Shown piece after piece: positions 35,039 to 45,983 of a stretch of DNA of 48,227 nucleotides. Position numbers and translations under genes: made by a program. Each line of letters starts with the position of its first letter. Positions within the stretch are counted from its first letter, which is position 1. Source of the stretch: Chiloscyllium plagiosum (taxonomy: Eukaryota); the NCBI RefSeq assembly GCF_004010195.1, contig NC_057751.1, positions 739,045 through 787,271 on the forward strand, read 5' to 3'. The notes under the pieces are model-generated. The model had not been told where the DNA came from. It searched no databases and saw only the letters and a program-made list of their open reading frames with translations.

Positions 35039-36439
35039 TACTCCTGTTCCTAAGCTGCTATAACCCAGAGCAATGTGTCCTTGTTTTATTTCAAATTCAA
35101 AAGTCACTTGCAGTGCTGATGTGGTGGTGTATCCCCTTTAAAAAGCACGTGTCCAATTTGGTGCAAGTTTATCTTTCTGCCAATTTGCTCTGTACAACAG
35201 GATGTTTGATGTACTGTGTACATAATAAAAGAGAGATTTCACTTCACTGCAATAAGAGGTGCTGACAGAGCTACGTCAGAAGGTTTCAAAGACCATCATT
35301 AAGCATTTACAGCCTCACTTTGTTGTGTTATGTCTGCTAAATAACACTCACCCTTCTGTCAATTAAGCTTCCTAAGCTTTTGCAAGGCAGAGTGCTGACA
35401 GATGTCTACACTTTTGACATTTGTACAATTGAGGTGTACACTCGAGTTGATTGCATTTAGTGACAAAACAACACATAATAGCAGTTGTTCACTTGAGAAC
35501 AAATCCATCTCTGTGTGCCAGGATTCTGCTGAGGGTCACCAACATTCTGAGATTGCCCTGGTGTCCCAAGGCATTAGAGATTAACCTGCTGAAAGCATCA
35601 AGGCAAAAGCTGAGGAGAAAGTATCCTTTTTCTCAGCTGTTTGACACTTTCATTTAGTAATAAGAAAAATTATGAAGACAGCTGTTTGGTCAAGTGAGGG
35701 TTGGTTGGAGGTGGGAGATCATGATACTGCCTTTATCAGTGTGGAACCATCATTATTCAGAAAGGTGATCTCATCCTATCTCTAAGACTTAGCAGCCTGC
35801 AGGAATACAGTTACTGACTAAACTCACTAAGGTATGAGAAAAACAAGATTGAAGAGAACAGAACGTCTTGTCTTTATCAATCTATTCTCTGGCACTGAGT
35901 TGCATGGAATGTAGTCAATAATCTGCCACGCTACAATTACCTGTTGATCTGCTACATAGAGGCTGTCCTCTCATACAGCCAGTGTAAGATGTGTGGAGGT
36001 ACAAACAATGCCTATCGAGTCAGTCAGAGCCCCGAGGTGTCTTTCCAAAACGAGGTCACAGACTTGGAAGGTGATCGCTGCCCTGATATCTGCGTGCCGG
36101 AGCCTGCAAGTCTGCTAAAACAGTTGATAAGCCTCACAACAAAAGCTCTGCATTCTGATCGATGAAAGTGGCACCACACATCAATCACCAAGCAAGCAGA
36201 ATTAAAACAGTCACCTTTTACTTCCTCAAACACATGCCAAAATGTTGCTTCTTCTTTTTTACATAAAAAATGCTCTTGTTGACCAGTTCCTGATCCCAGG
36301 AATTGGTCAGGAAATTATAATCTTTCCCTTTGCCAAATCCAGCTGGCTCAGAGGGTGATGGAAGGGGAGTGGGCGAGGAGAACTGAAGAGGTAGCAATGG
36401 GGATGGTAGAAGCTAAAACTGCCCTTGCAATCAGAGTTT

Positions 36440-36607
36440 TACAAAAATAAAAAAAAGTGCTGGAGAAACCCAGCAAGTCTGGCAGTACCTGTGGCGCGAG
36501 AAACAAAATCAACGTTTCCAATCCAGTTTGACTCCTCCTCAGAAATGGTCTGAAAAAGTCACTGGACCCAAAATGCAACTTTGTTCCTCCAGCATTTTCT
36601 GTTTTAT
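36440..36607. mobile_element. Miniature fold-back of Penelope-type termini
   Basis: gtgctggagaaacccagcaagtctggcag..aacgtttc..gactcctcctcaga facing tctgaaaaagtcactggacccaaaatg..ctccagcattttctg. Confidence 0.55.
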
Positions 36608-36614
36608 ATGCCAG

Positions 36615-36878
36615 TCATCGAGTCATAGAGATGCATAGACCCTTCACTCCAACTCACTCATGCTGACCAGATATCCTAACCTAATCTAGTCCCATTTGCC
36701 AGCACTTGGCCCATATCCCTCTAAACCCTTCCTCTTCATAGCCCCATCCAGATGTCTTTTTTACATTGCAATTGTACCAGCCTCCACCACTTCTGGCAGC
36801 TCATTCCATATGCGCACCACCCTCTATGTGAAAACGTTGCCCTTAGGTCCCTTTTAAATCTTTCCCCTCTCACCTTAA
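36615..36878 (-). mobile_element. CR1 3'-end fragment
   Basis: gagtcatagagatg tail, homologous to 24342-24605. Confidence 0.85.
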
Positions 36879-37552
36879 GCCACAGCATCCACAGTATTTT
36901 GTTTTTATTTTACTGGAGTTTGATACAGCGTCTGATCTTGATCGAAACTCGAAAGTGGAACCAACATGTGGCTGAGGTCATTAAACAGCCACAGTCAAAT
37001 AATCAACTTCAGTGGATGTAAATGGATGCAAATTAAGGGTACCCAACTGAAAGAAAGAAATTGCATTTCTTGAGTGACAAATCCAGGACACTATCGAGTT
37101 AGAAGTAATTGATGGGAAATGTTCATTCTTTTCTCCCCTCTCTGGAGATACTGTAAGACCCAGGGTCTTTGAGTCTAGTGTCATACAGCAGGGAGACTTC
37201 GGCCTAAACTGGTCCATGCCAACCTAAATGCCTGTTCACGCTAACCCACCTAATCCCATCCATATATCTGTCCAAATGACTTAAAAGCTGTTCATGTACT
37301 CACCTCAACCACTTTCCCTGGCAGCCCTCTGTGTAAAAATGTCGCCCCTCAGGTTCCCTTTTTTTCTTTCCCCTCTAACTTTAAACTAATGCCCTTTGGT
37401 CCTCGATTCCCAACCCTGGGAAAAAGACTGAGTGCATTCACCCTATCCATGCCTCTCATGATGTGGAACACCTCTATAAGGTTCCCCACCTCAGTCTCCT
37501 ACACTCTAACTAAAAAGGTCCTAGCTTGTCCAACCTCTTGCTATAACTAGGT

Positions 37553-37684
37553 GGGAGAAAGTGAGGACTGCAGATGCTGGAGATCAGAGTCCAGAGTGTG
37601 GTGCTGGAAAAGCACAGCAGGTCAGGCAGCATCTGAGGAGCAGGGGAATCGGTGTTTCAGGCATTAGCCCTTCATCAGGAATGA
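37553..37684 (-). mobile_element. Short Penelope-derived hammerhead-type element within CR1
   Basis: Reverse complement cattcctgatgaagggctaatgcctgaaacaccgattc..ctccagcatctgcagtcctcactttctccc. Confidence 0.75.
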
Positions 37685-38298
37685 GCTGATGAGTCCAGGC
37701 GACATCCTTATAAATTTCTTCTGTACTCTTTCCAGTTTAATAACATCCTTCCTACAGCAAGGTGACCAAAACTGAACACAATACTCCAAGTGCGGTCTCA
37801 CCGACATCCTGTACAACTGCAATATGACTTCCCAACGTCTATACGCAGTGCCCTGACTGATGAAGGCTAGTGTGCCAAAGGCCTTCTTCACTGCCCTGTC
37901 TATCTGGGACTCCACTTTGAGAGAACTTTGAACCTGAACTCTATGGTCCCTCTGTTCTACTGCACTTCTTTACCATTTACCATGTAACTCCTACTTTAAT
38001 TTGACATCCCCAAATGCAAGACCTCACACTTATCTGTATTAAACTCCATTTATCATTCTCGGCCCACTTCCCCAGCTGATCAAAGTCCTGCTGCCATTTC
38101 TGACAACTTACCTCACTGTCCATGATATTGCCTATTTTGATGTCATCTGCAAACTTACTAATCATGTCTACCACCCTGCCCTCATCAACCTTCCTGGTCA
38201 CTTCATCAAAGAACTCTAACAATTTTGTGAGGTGTGATCTCCTGCTCACAAAGCCATGCTGACTGCTCCTAATCAAACCCTGTCTCTCCTAATGCATT

Positions 38299-38765
38299 CA
38301 GAGTCAGAGAGTCATAGAGATGTACAGCACGGAAATAGACCCTTCGGTCCAACCCGTTCATGCCGATATCCCAACCCAATCTAGTCCCACCTGCCAGCAC
38401 CCAGCCCAAATCCCTCTAAACTCTTCCTATTCATATACCCGTCCAAATGCCTTTTAAATGTTGCAATTGTACCAGCCTCCACCACTTCCATACATGTATC
38501 ACCCTCAGTGTGAAAACGTTACCCCTTGGATCTCTTTTATATCTTTCCCCTCTCCCCCTCAAACTATGCCCTCTAGTTCTGGACTACCCCACCCCAGGGA
38601 AGGGACGTGTCTATTTATCCTATCCATGCCCCTCATGATTTAATAAGCCTTCATAAGGTCACCCTTCAGCCTCCGATGCTCCAGGGAAAACAGCCCCAGC
38701 CTATTCAGCCTCTCCCAATAGCTCAAATTCTCCAACCCTGGCAACATCCTTGTAAATCTTCTCTG
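38299..38765 (-). mobile_element. Nested younger CR1 3' fragment
   Basis: gagtcatagagatgtacagcacggaaa tail, homologous to 24345-24810. Confidence 0.85.
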
Positions 38766-38777
38766 AGCAGTAATTAC

Positions 38778-38948
38778 TAGATCAGAGTGGTGTTGGAAAA
38801 GCACAGCAGTTCAGGCAGCATCCGAGAAGCAGGAAAATGGGCAAAAGCCCTTCCCTCACCCTCCTGTCATTTATCTCTCCACCCTTCAGGCACGCTGCCT
38901 CTATTCCTGATGAAGGGCTTTTGCACGAAACGTTAGTTGATTTTCTCC
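38778..38948. mobile_element. Miniature inverted Penelope-derived element with hammerhead-like cores
   Basis: Reverse arm ..gggcaaaagcccttc and forward attcctgatgaagggcttttgcacgaaacgtt (38903-38934). Confidence 0.7.
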
Positions 38949-40899
38949 CTATTCTCTCTCTAGTTCTTCTTTTTTCCTTTAATATACTTAAAAAAACATC
39001 TTTGGATTCACCCTCATCTTCTCAGCCGAGGCTATCTCATGCCTCCTTGTCACCCTCCTGATTTCCTACTTCAGTAAAGTCCTGTATTTCCTGTATACCT
39101 CCAGGGATTCCCTTGATCCCAGCTGCCTGTCACACAAACTACTCCAAGTGACCCCTGCAAGCTACTTTTTAATTCCATTAAAATTCGCCTTACTCCAATT
39201 TAGAACTTGATCCTCTGGACCAGTTTTGTCACTCTCCATAACTATTTTAAAATTAATGCAACTATGGTCACTGGTCCCAAAGTGCTCCCTCACTGTCACC
39301 TCTGTCACATGTCCTGCCCTATTTCCCAAGAGTAGGTTAAGCTTTGCCCCTTCCTGAGTTGGACCCTCTATATACTGCTTGAGGAAACTTTCCTGAATGC
39401 ACCTAACAAATTCCACCCCATCTAAGCCCTGAACACTCTGGCAGTCCCAGTCTGCGTCAGGAAAATTAAAATCCCCTAATAGGACAACCCTATTGTTCCT
39501 GCAAGTCTCCCCAATCTCTCTGCATATTTGTTCCTCTAATTCCCATTGGCTATTTGGGGGCCTATTTACAACCCGGATCACATCACTATCCCCTTCTTAT
39601 TTCTTAGCTCCACCCACAAAGCCTCACTGGATGTTTGTTCAGTGACTTCAACTCTGATTACTGCAGTAATACTCACTTTAAATGCAACTCCCCCTCCCTT
39701 CCCTCCACCACTTCTGTCCCACCTGTAACCTGGTACATGAAGCTTCCAGTCCTGTCCTTCCCTTAGCCATGTTTCTGGAATGGCTATAATATCGCAGTCC
39801 TACCGACCTATCCATGCCCTGAGTTCATCAGCCGCCTTGCACTGAAATAGATGCAATTTAATCCAACAGGCATTCCTTGCTCCCTGTCGTGTTTCAGCCT
39901 GACCTGTCTCTTCAACTATTTTTGATGACTGTATCTTCTTCCAGCCTCACACTTGCCTCCCTGCTGTTGAGGGTCCCACTCCTCTGCCAACCGAGTTTAA
40001 ACCCTCCCCTGTAGCATTAGCAAACCTGGCCACCAAGGCATTAGTCCCCCTCCAGTTCAGGTGCAACCCGTCCCTCTTGAACAAGTCACCGCTGCCCCAG
40101 AAAAGGTCCCAATGATCTAACAATCAGAATCCCTGCCGCCTGCACCTTTTCTTTAGCCACACATTCATCTGCCACATCGTCTTGTTCTTATCCTGGTGAG
40201 CATGTGGCACTGGGAGTAACCTGGAGATTACCACCGTCAAAGTCCTGGTTTTAACTTTTTTTTTTCCTCGCTCTCTGTCAGTAATCAGGACCTCATCCCT
40301 AATTCGACCCCTGACATTTGTGCCAACATGCACAATAACTTCTGGCTGCTCATCCTCTCCCTTGAGAACGTTCTGTAGCCGCTCTGAGAGATCCTGGACT
40401 CTGGCACCCAGGAGGCAACACACAATCCTCGCTTCCTGTTTGCAACCACAGAATCTCCTGCCTGTCCCCCTAACTATCGATCTCCTATCACTAAGGTCCT
40501 GTTTACCTTTACCCTCTCCTGCTGTGCCCTAGAACCAGTCGTAGTGCCACCGACCTGAATACTACTACTTTCCCTTGAACAGTCATTCCCCACAACAATA
40601 TCCAAAATGGTACACTTGTTTTTGAGGGGAATGGCCACAGGAGATTCTTGCAGTCTCTGCCTACTCCCTTTGCCTGTTCTGGTGGTCATCCAGCTACTGT
40701 CTGCCTGAACCTTAGGTGTGACCACCAGTTGTGAAGCGCTCAGCATCTCAGATGATCCTGAGTGCATCCAGCTCCAGCTGCAGCTGAGCATTTTCAGCAC
40801 GTTCTGTCTTTAATTCAGATTTCAAACATCCATAGCAGTTTTCTCTGTGTCACTCAAACACTGATGATCTGGACCTGATCACATTTTTGTTTGGAAGGG

Positions 40900-41620
40900 T
40901 GTAGTGCATGCAAATTGGTATATAATCACAATCATCCAATACCTTCTCAAATACCTCAACTGAACCCACTTACACCAGACTTTCAGGCAGTGCATTCTAC
41001 ACCTGAATTAATCACTGTGTGAAAAAGCTGTTTTGCACTTCCCATTTTCTACTTTTCCAAATCACTTTAAATCTCTTGCCTTTTGTTCTTGATCCTTTTA
41101 CGATCTTGAAAAAGTTTGACACAAACAATTCTATCAATCCCCTCATGATTTTGAAAATCTCTATCAGATTGCCTCTTAGCCTTCTTCTCTCTCATGCCTT
41201 TTCCAGTGTGTTCACATCCCTTCCTGTAAAGTGGCACCCAGCTGAGGTTGAACAAGTATCTTTTACAAGTTCAGCGTAACCTCCCTGATCTTATACTCTG
41301 TGCCCTGATTAATAAAGGCAAGAACACTGTATGCTTTATTGCTGCTTTTTCAACCTGTCCTGCCACCTTCAATGATCTGTGCACACAAATACCCAGGTCC
41401 TTTGCTGCGACACCCCTTTAGAATTTTACCCCCTATTTTACATTGTCTTTCCAACCTCACACTTCTCTGCATTGAATTTGAAATACCAACTGTCTGCCCA
41501 CTGCACCAACATCTCCATGTCTCACTCTTCTCCCCACAATTTACAATTCATCCAAGTTTACTATCATCTGTAAACTTTTAAGATTGTCTCCTAGATACCA
41601 AGATCCAGATCATTAATATA
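40900..41620 (-). mobile_element. Old CR1 RT C-terminal fragment
   Basis: ccctcatgattttgaaaatctctatcag, ataaaggcaagaacactgtatgc, tcatctgtaaactt match the reverse of CR1 ORF2. Confidence 0.65.
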
Positions 41621-41689
41621 TTCCTGGAAAATGTATATCTGAAAAAAAAAGGAAATTTCATTTACCAATGCAGGAATTTATCCACTTCC

Positions 41690-42062
41690 AAGTACAGGTG
41701 AAATACTGTGTTTCAACTTCAGGATCTTTCTCATCCTCAGGAAATTCCAAAGTGCTTGATAAGCAAGATGAAAGTGCAATCACTAATCTTGTGTAAGCAT
41801 CAAAATATATCACCATTAGTGAATGAGCTGACCAAGTAAGTTGCCCTGTCTGATTGGTGAATTGAGGGATAAGTACAGGGAAGAATACCCTTGTGTCTCT
41901 TCCAATGATTTACAGGACTTTTCATATTCATCTGAAAGTGAACTTGGTCGAATGGCTCATCTAGAAATTGGAGTTTCTGGCAGTGCAGTTCTCCTTCAGT
42001 GCAGCATGAACAGTGTTAGCTTCAAATGTCGTCTCAAGTCATTGAAAATGCAAGATCTTCTG
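41690..42062 (-). mobile_element. Degenerate Deu-domain SINE
   Basis: cagtgcagttctccttcagtgcagca..gtctcaagtc core and ccaaagtgct tail in reverse. Confidence 0.5.
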
Positions 42063-42067
42063 ATTTA

Positions 42068-45000
42068 CAGAATAGAATATAGAACATTGAACAGTACAGC
42101 ACCGAACAGGCCCTTCGGCCCTCGATGTTGCTCCAACCTGTGAACTTTTCTCAGCTCGTCCTACACTAGCCCAAAATCATCCATGTCCTTATCTAAGGAT
42201 TGTTTAAATCTCCCTAATGTGGCTGAGTTAACTACATTATCAGGTGGGCATTCCATGCCCTTACCACTCTCTGCGTAAAGAACCTGCCTCTGACATCTGT
42301 CTTAAACCTATCACCCCTCAGTTAGTAGTTATGCCCCCTCGTACACGCTGACGTCATCATTCTCGGAATACACAATATTCCAAGTGTGGCTGCACCAGCG
42401 TTTTGTATAGTTGCAGCATGATATTGCGGCTCCGGAACTCAATCCCTCCACCAATGAAACCTAACACACTGTATGCCTTCTTAACACCACTATCCACTTG
42501 GGTGGCAACTTTCAGGGATTTATGTACATGGATTCCAAGATCCCTCCGCACATCCACACTACCAAGAATCTTTCCATTGATCCAGTACTCTGCCTTCCTG
42601 TTATTCTTCCCAAAGTGCATCACCTCACATTTAGCTGCCTTGAATTCCATTTGTTACCTCTCAGCCCAATTCTGCAGTTTTCCAAGTCCCCCTGCAACCT
42701 GTAACATTCTTCCAAACAGATCACTACTTCACCGACTTTAGTGTCGTCTACAAATTTACTAATCCATCCACCTGTGCCTGTGTCTAAGTCATATATAAAA
42801 ATGACAAACAGCAGTGGTCCCTAAACAGATCCTTGTGGCACACCACTAGTAACTGGACTCCAGGCTGAATATTTTCCATCAGCTTACCATGTGGAACCTT
42901 ATCAAAGGTTTTACTGAAGTCCAGGTATACCACGTCAACTGCCCTACCCTCATCTACATGCTTGGTCACCTTCTCAAAAAACTCAATGAGGTTTGTGAGA
43001 CACGACCTGCCCTTGACGAAATCATGTTGACTATCTGAAATCAAATTGTTGCTTGCTAGATGATTATAAATCTTATCTCTTGTCATCCTTTCCAAAACCT
43101 TTCCAACAACAGAAGTAAGGCTCACTGGTCTATAATTACCTGGGTCATCCCTACTGACTTTCTTGAACAAGGGCACAACATTTGCAATCCTCCAGTCCTC
43201 TGTACCAAGCCTGTAGACAATGACGACTCAAATATCAAAGCCAATGGCTCTGCTATCTCCTCCCTAGCTTCCCAGAGAATCCTCAGATAAATCCCATCCG
43301 GCCAGGGGACTTGTCTACTTTCACTACTCTAGAATTGATAACACCTGTTCATAACTAACCTTGATCCTTTCTAGTCTAATATCTTTTTTTTAGATAGATT
43401 AGATTAGATTACTTACAGTGTGGAAACAGGCCCTTCGGCCCAACAAGTCCTCACCGCCCCACCGAAGCGCAACCCACCCATACCCCTACATTTACCCCTT
43501 ATCTAACACTACGGGCAATTTAGCATAGCCATTTCACCTAACCTGCACATCTTTGGACTGTGGGAGGAAACCGGAGCACCCGGAGGAAACCCACGCAGAC
43601 ACGGGGAGAACGTGCAAACTCCACACAGTCAGTCGCCTGAGGCGGGAATTGAACCCGGGTCTCTGGCGCTGTGAGGCAGCAGTGCTAACCACTTGTTCCT
43701 CATTCTTCTCCTCTACAAAAACCGATGAGAAATGTTCGTTTAGCACCTCTCCAATCTCCACAGGATCCACACTCAACTTCCCACTTCTGTCTTTGACTGG
43801 CCCTATTCCTACCCTAGTCATCTTTTTATTCCTCACATCCCGAAAGAAAGCTTTAGGGTTCTCCTTTATTCTATTTGCTAAAGACTGCTCGTGTCCTCTT
43901 TTTGCTCTTCTTAACTCTCTCTTTAAATCCTTCCTAGCTAATCTGTAACTCTCCATCGCCTCATCTGTACCATCTTGCCTCAGCAACACATAAGCCTCTT
44001 TCTTCTTCGTAACAAGAGATGCAATTTCTGTAGTAAACCATGGTTCCCTTACCTTATCACTTCCTCCCTGCCTGACAGGGGCATACCTATCAAGTACATG
44101 CAATATCTTTTCCTTAAACCAGCTCCACATTTCCATTGTCTGCATCCCCTACATTTTGCTACCCCATTCTATGCCTCCTAATTCTTGCCGAATCGCATTA
44201 TAATTGCCCTAGCCCCATTGATAACCCTTGACCTGTGGCATGTACCTATACCTTTCCATCGCTAAACGTAATTGAATTATGGTCACTCTCTCCAAAGTGC
44301 TCACCTACAACTAAATCCAACACCTGGCCTGGTTCATTACCAAGCACTAGATCTAGTGTGGCCTCCCCTCTTGTCGGCCATTCAACATACTGTGTCACAA
44401 AACCCTCCTGCACACATTGGACAACAACTGATTCATCCGCCGTACTACAGTTATAGCATTTCCAGTCAATGTCGGGGAAGTTAAAGACCCCATAATGACC
44501 ACCTTGTTCCTTTCACTCCTATCCAGAATAATTTTGCTATTCCTCTCTTCCACCTCCCTGGAACTCTGCGGAGGCCTATAAAAAACTCTCTCCTCTCCTG
44601 TTTCTAACCTCAGCCCACACTACCTCAGTAGACAGGTCTTCATCAAAAGTTCTCTCAGCTACCGTTATACTATCCTTGACCAGCAAGACCACACCTCCCC
44701 CTCTTTCACTGCCTTCCCTGTTCTTTATGAAAGATCTAAACCCTGGAACCTGCAACATCCATTCCTGACCCTGCTCTATCCATGTCTCCGAAATGGCCAC
44801 AACATTGAAGTCCCAGGTACCTATCCATGCTGCAAGCTCACCTACCTTCTTCCGGATACTCCTGGTGTTGAAGTATACACACTTTAAACCACTTCGCTGT
44901 CTGCCAGCACATTCCTGTGACCCTGAAATCCTGTCCCTGTCCTCCCTACTCTCATCCTCCTGTGTACTGCAACTACACCTCCGGTTCCCATCTTCCTGCT

Positions 45001-45945
45001 GAGCTCATTTAAACCCACCCTAATAGCACCAGCAAATTTCCCACCCAGGATATTAGTAGCCCTCTGGGTCAAGAAAAGACCATCCTGTTTGTAAAGGTCC
45101 CACCTTCCCCAGCATGAGCTCCAATTATCCAAGGACCTGAAACCCTCCCTCCTGCACCATCCCTGCAGCCACGTGTTCAGCTGATATCTCTCCCTATTCC
45201 TTGCCTTGCTATCGCGTGGCACAGGTAACAAACCAGAGATAACAACTCTGTCTGTTCTAGCTCTCAGCTTCCACCCTAGCTCCCTGAAATCCTGCCTTAC
45301 ATCCCTATCCCTTTTTCTACCTGTGTTGTTGGTACGTACATGGACAATGACTTGAGGCTGGTCACCCTCTCCCTTCAGGACCCCAGGATATGATCCGAGA
45401 CATCACGGACCCTGGCACCTAGGAGGCAACACACCAACTGCAATTCTCATTCGTTCCCAACAAACCTTCTATCTGAGCCTCTAATTATTGAATCCCCAAT
45501 GACTAACACTCTCCTCCTTTCCCTCCTTCCCTTCTGTGCAACAGGGACAGGCTCTGTGCCAGAGACCTGGGCCCCACTGCATACCCCTGGGTAAGTCGTC
45601 CTCCTCAACAGTATCCAAAACGGTATACATGTTTTTCAGGGGAACGACCACAGGGGATCCCTCCACTGACTGTTTATCCCACTTCGAACAGTCACCCAGC
45701 TTTCTTCATGCCTAGGACTAACTACTTCCCTGTAACTCCTATCTATCACAGCATCTGCCTCCTGAATGATCCGAAGTTCATCCAGCTCCCGCTCCAGTTC
45801 CCTAACACGGTCTTGGAGGAGCAAGAGTTGGGTGCACTTCCTGCAGATGTACTTGGATGGGACACTAATGGTGTCCCTCACCTCAAACATCATGCAGGAG
45901 GAACATTGCTCTCCCTGCACTGCCATCCCTGCTAGTCCCCTTATT
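42068..45945 (-). mobile_element. Near full-length CR1 LINE (ORF1 zinc finger and esterase, ORF2 endonuclease and RT) with deletions and frameshifts
   Basis: MAVQGEQCSSCMMFEV..YICRKC..RVRELERELDELR; AISETW..GGGVVLLVK; NYRPVSLTSVVGK; (agaat)n-type tail. Confidence 0.93.
43391..43693 (-). mobile_element. HE1 SINE (tRNA-derived V-SINE) inserted in CR1
   Basis: agtggttagcactgctgcctcacagcgccagagacccgggttcaattccc head, V-domain gtgtctgcgtgggtttcctccgggtgctccggtttcctcccacagtccaaagatgtgcagg, CR1-like tail with (aatct)n. Confidence 0.93.
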
Positions 45946-45983
45946 TAGCAGTACACACATTACTCACTGACCTTTCATTTACT

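Larger units (their letters stand above)
37170..40800 (-). mobile_element. Long degenerate CR1 LINE (ORF1, endonuclease, RT) with nested insertions
   Basis: VIVHVGTN, VLLGDFNFPD, KFADDIK, VRPHLEYCVQFWSP. Confidence 0.85.

Noticed and set aside
34140..36233. Short ORFs in the unique region as exons of a second gene
   Set aside because: No recognisable domain and no phase-consistent exon chain
43391..43693. tRNA gene
   Set aside because: The tRNA-like head continues into the V-domain and CR1-like tail of an HE1 SINE
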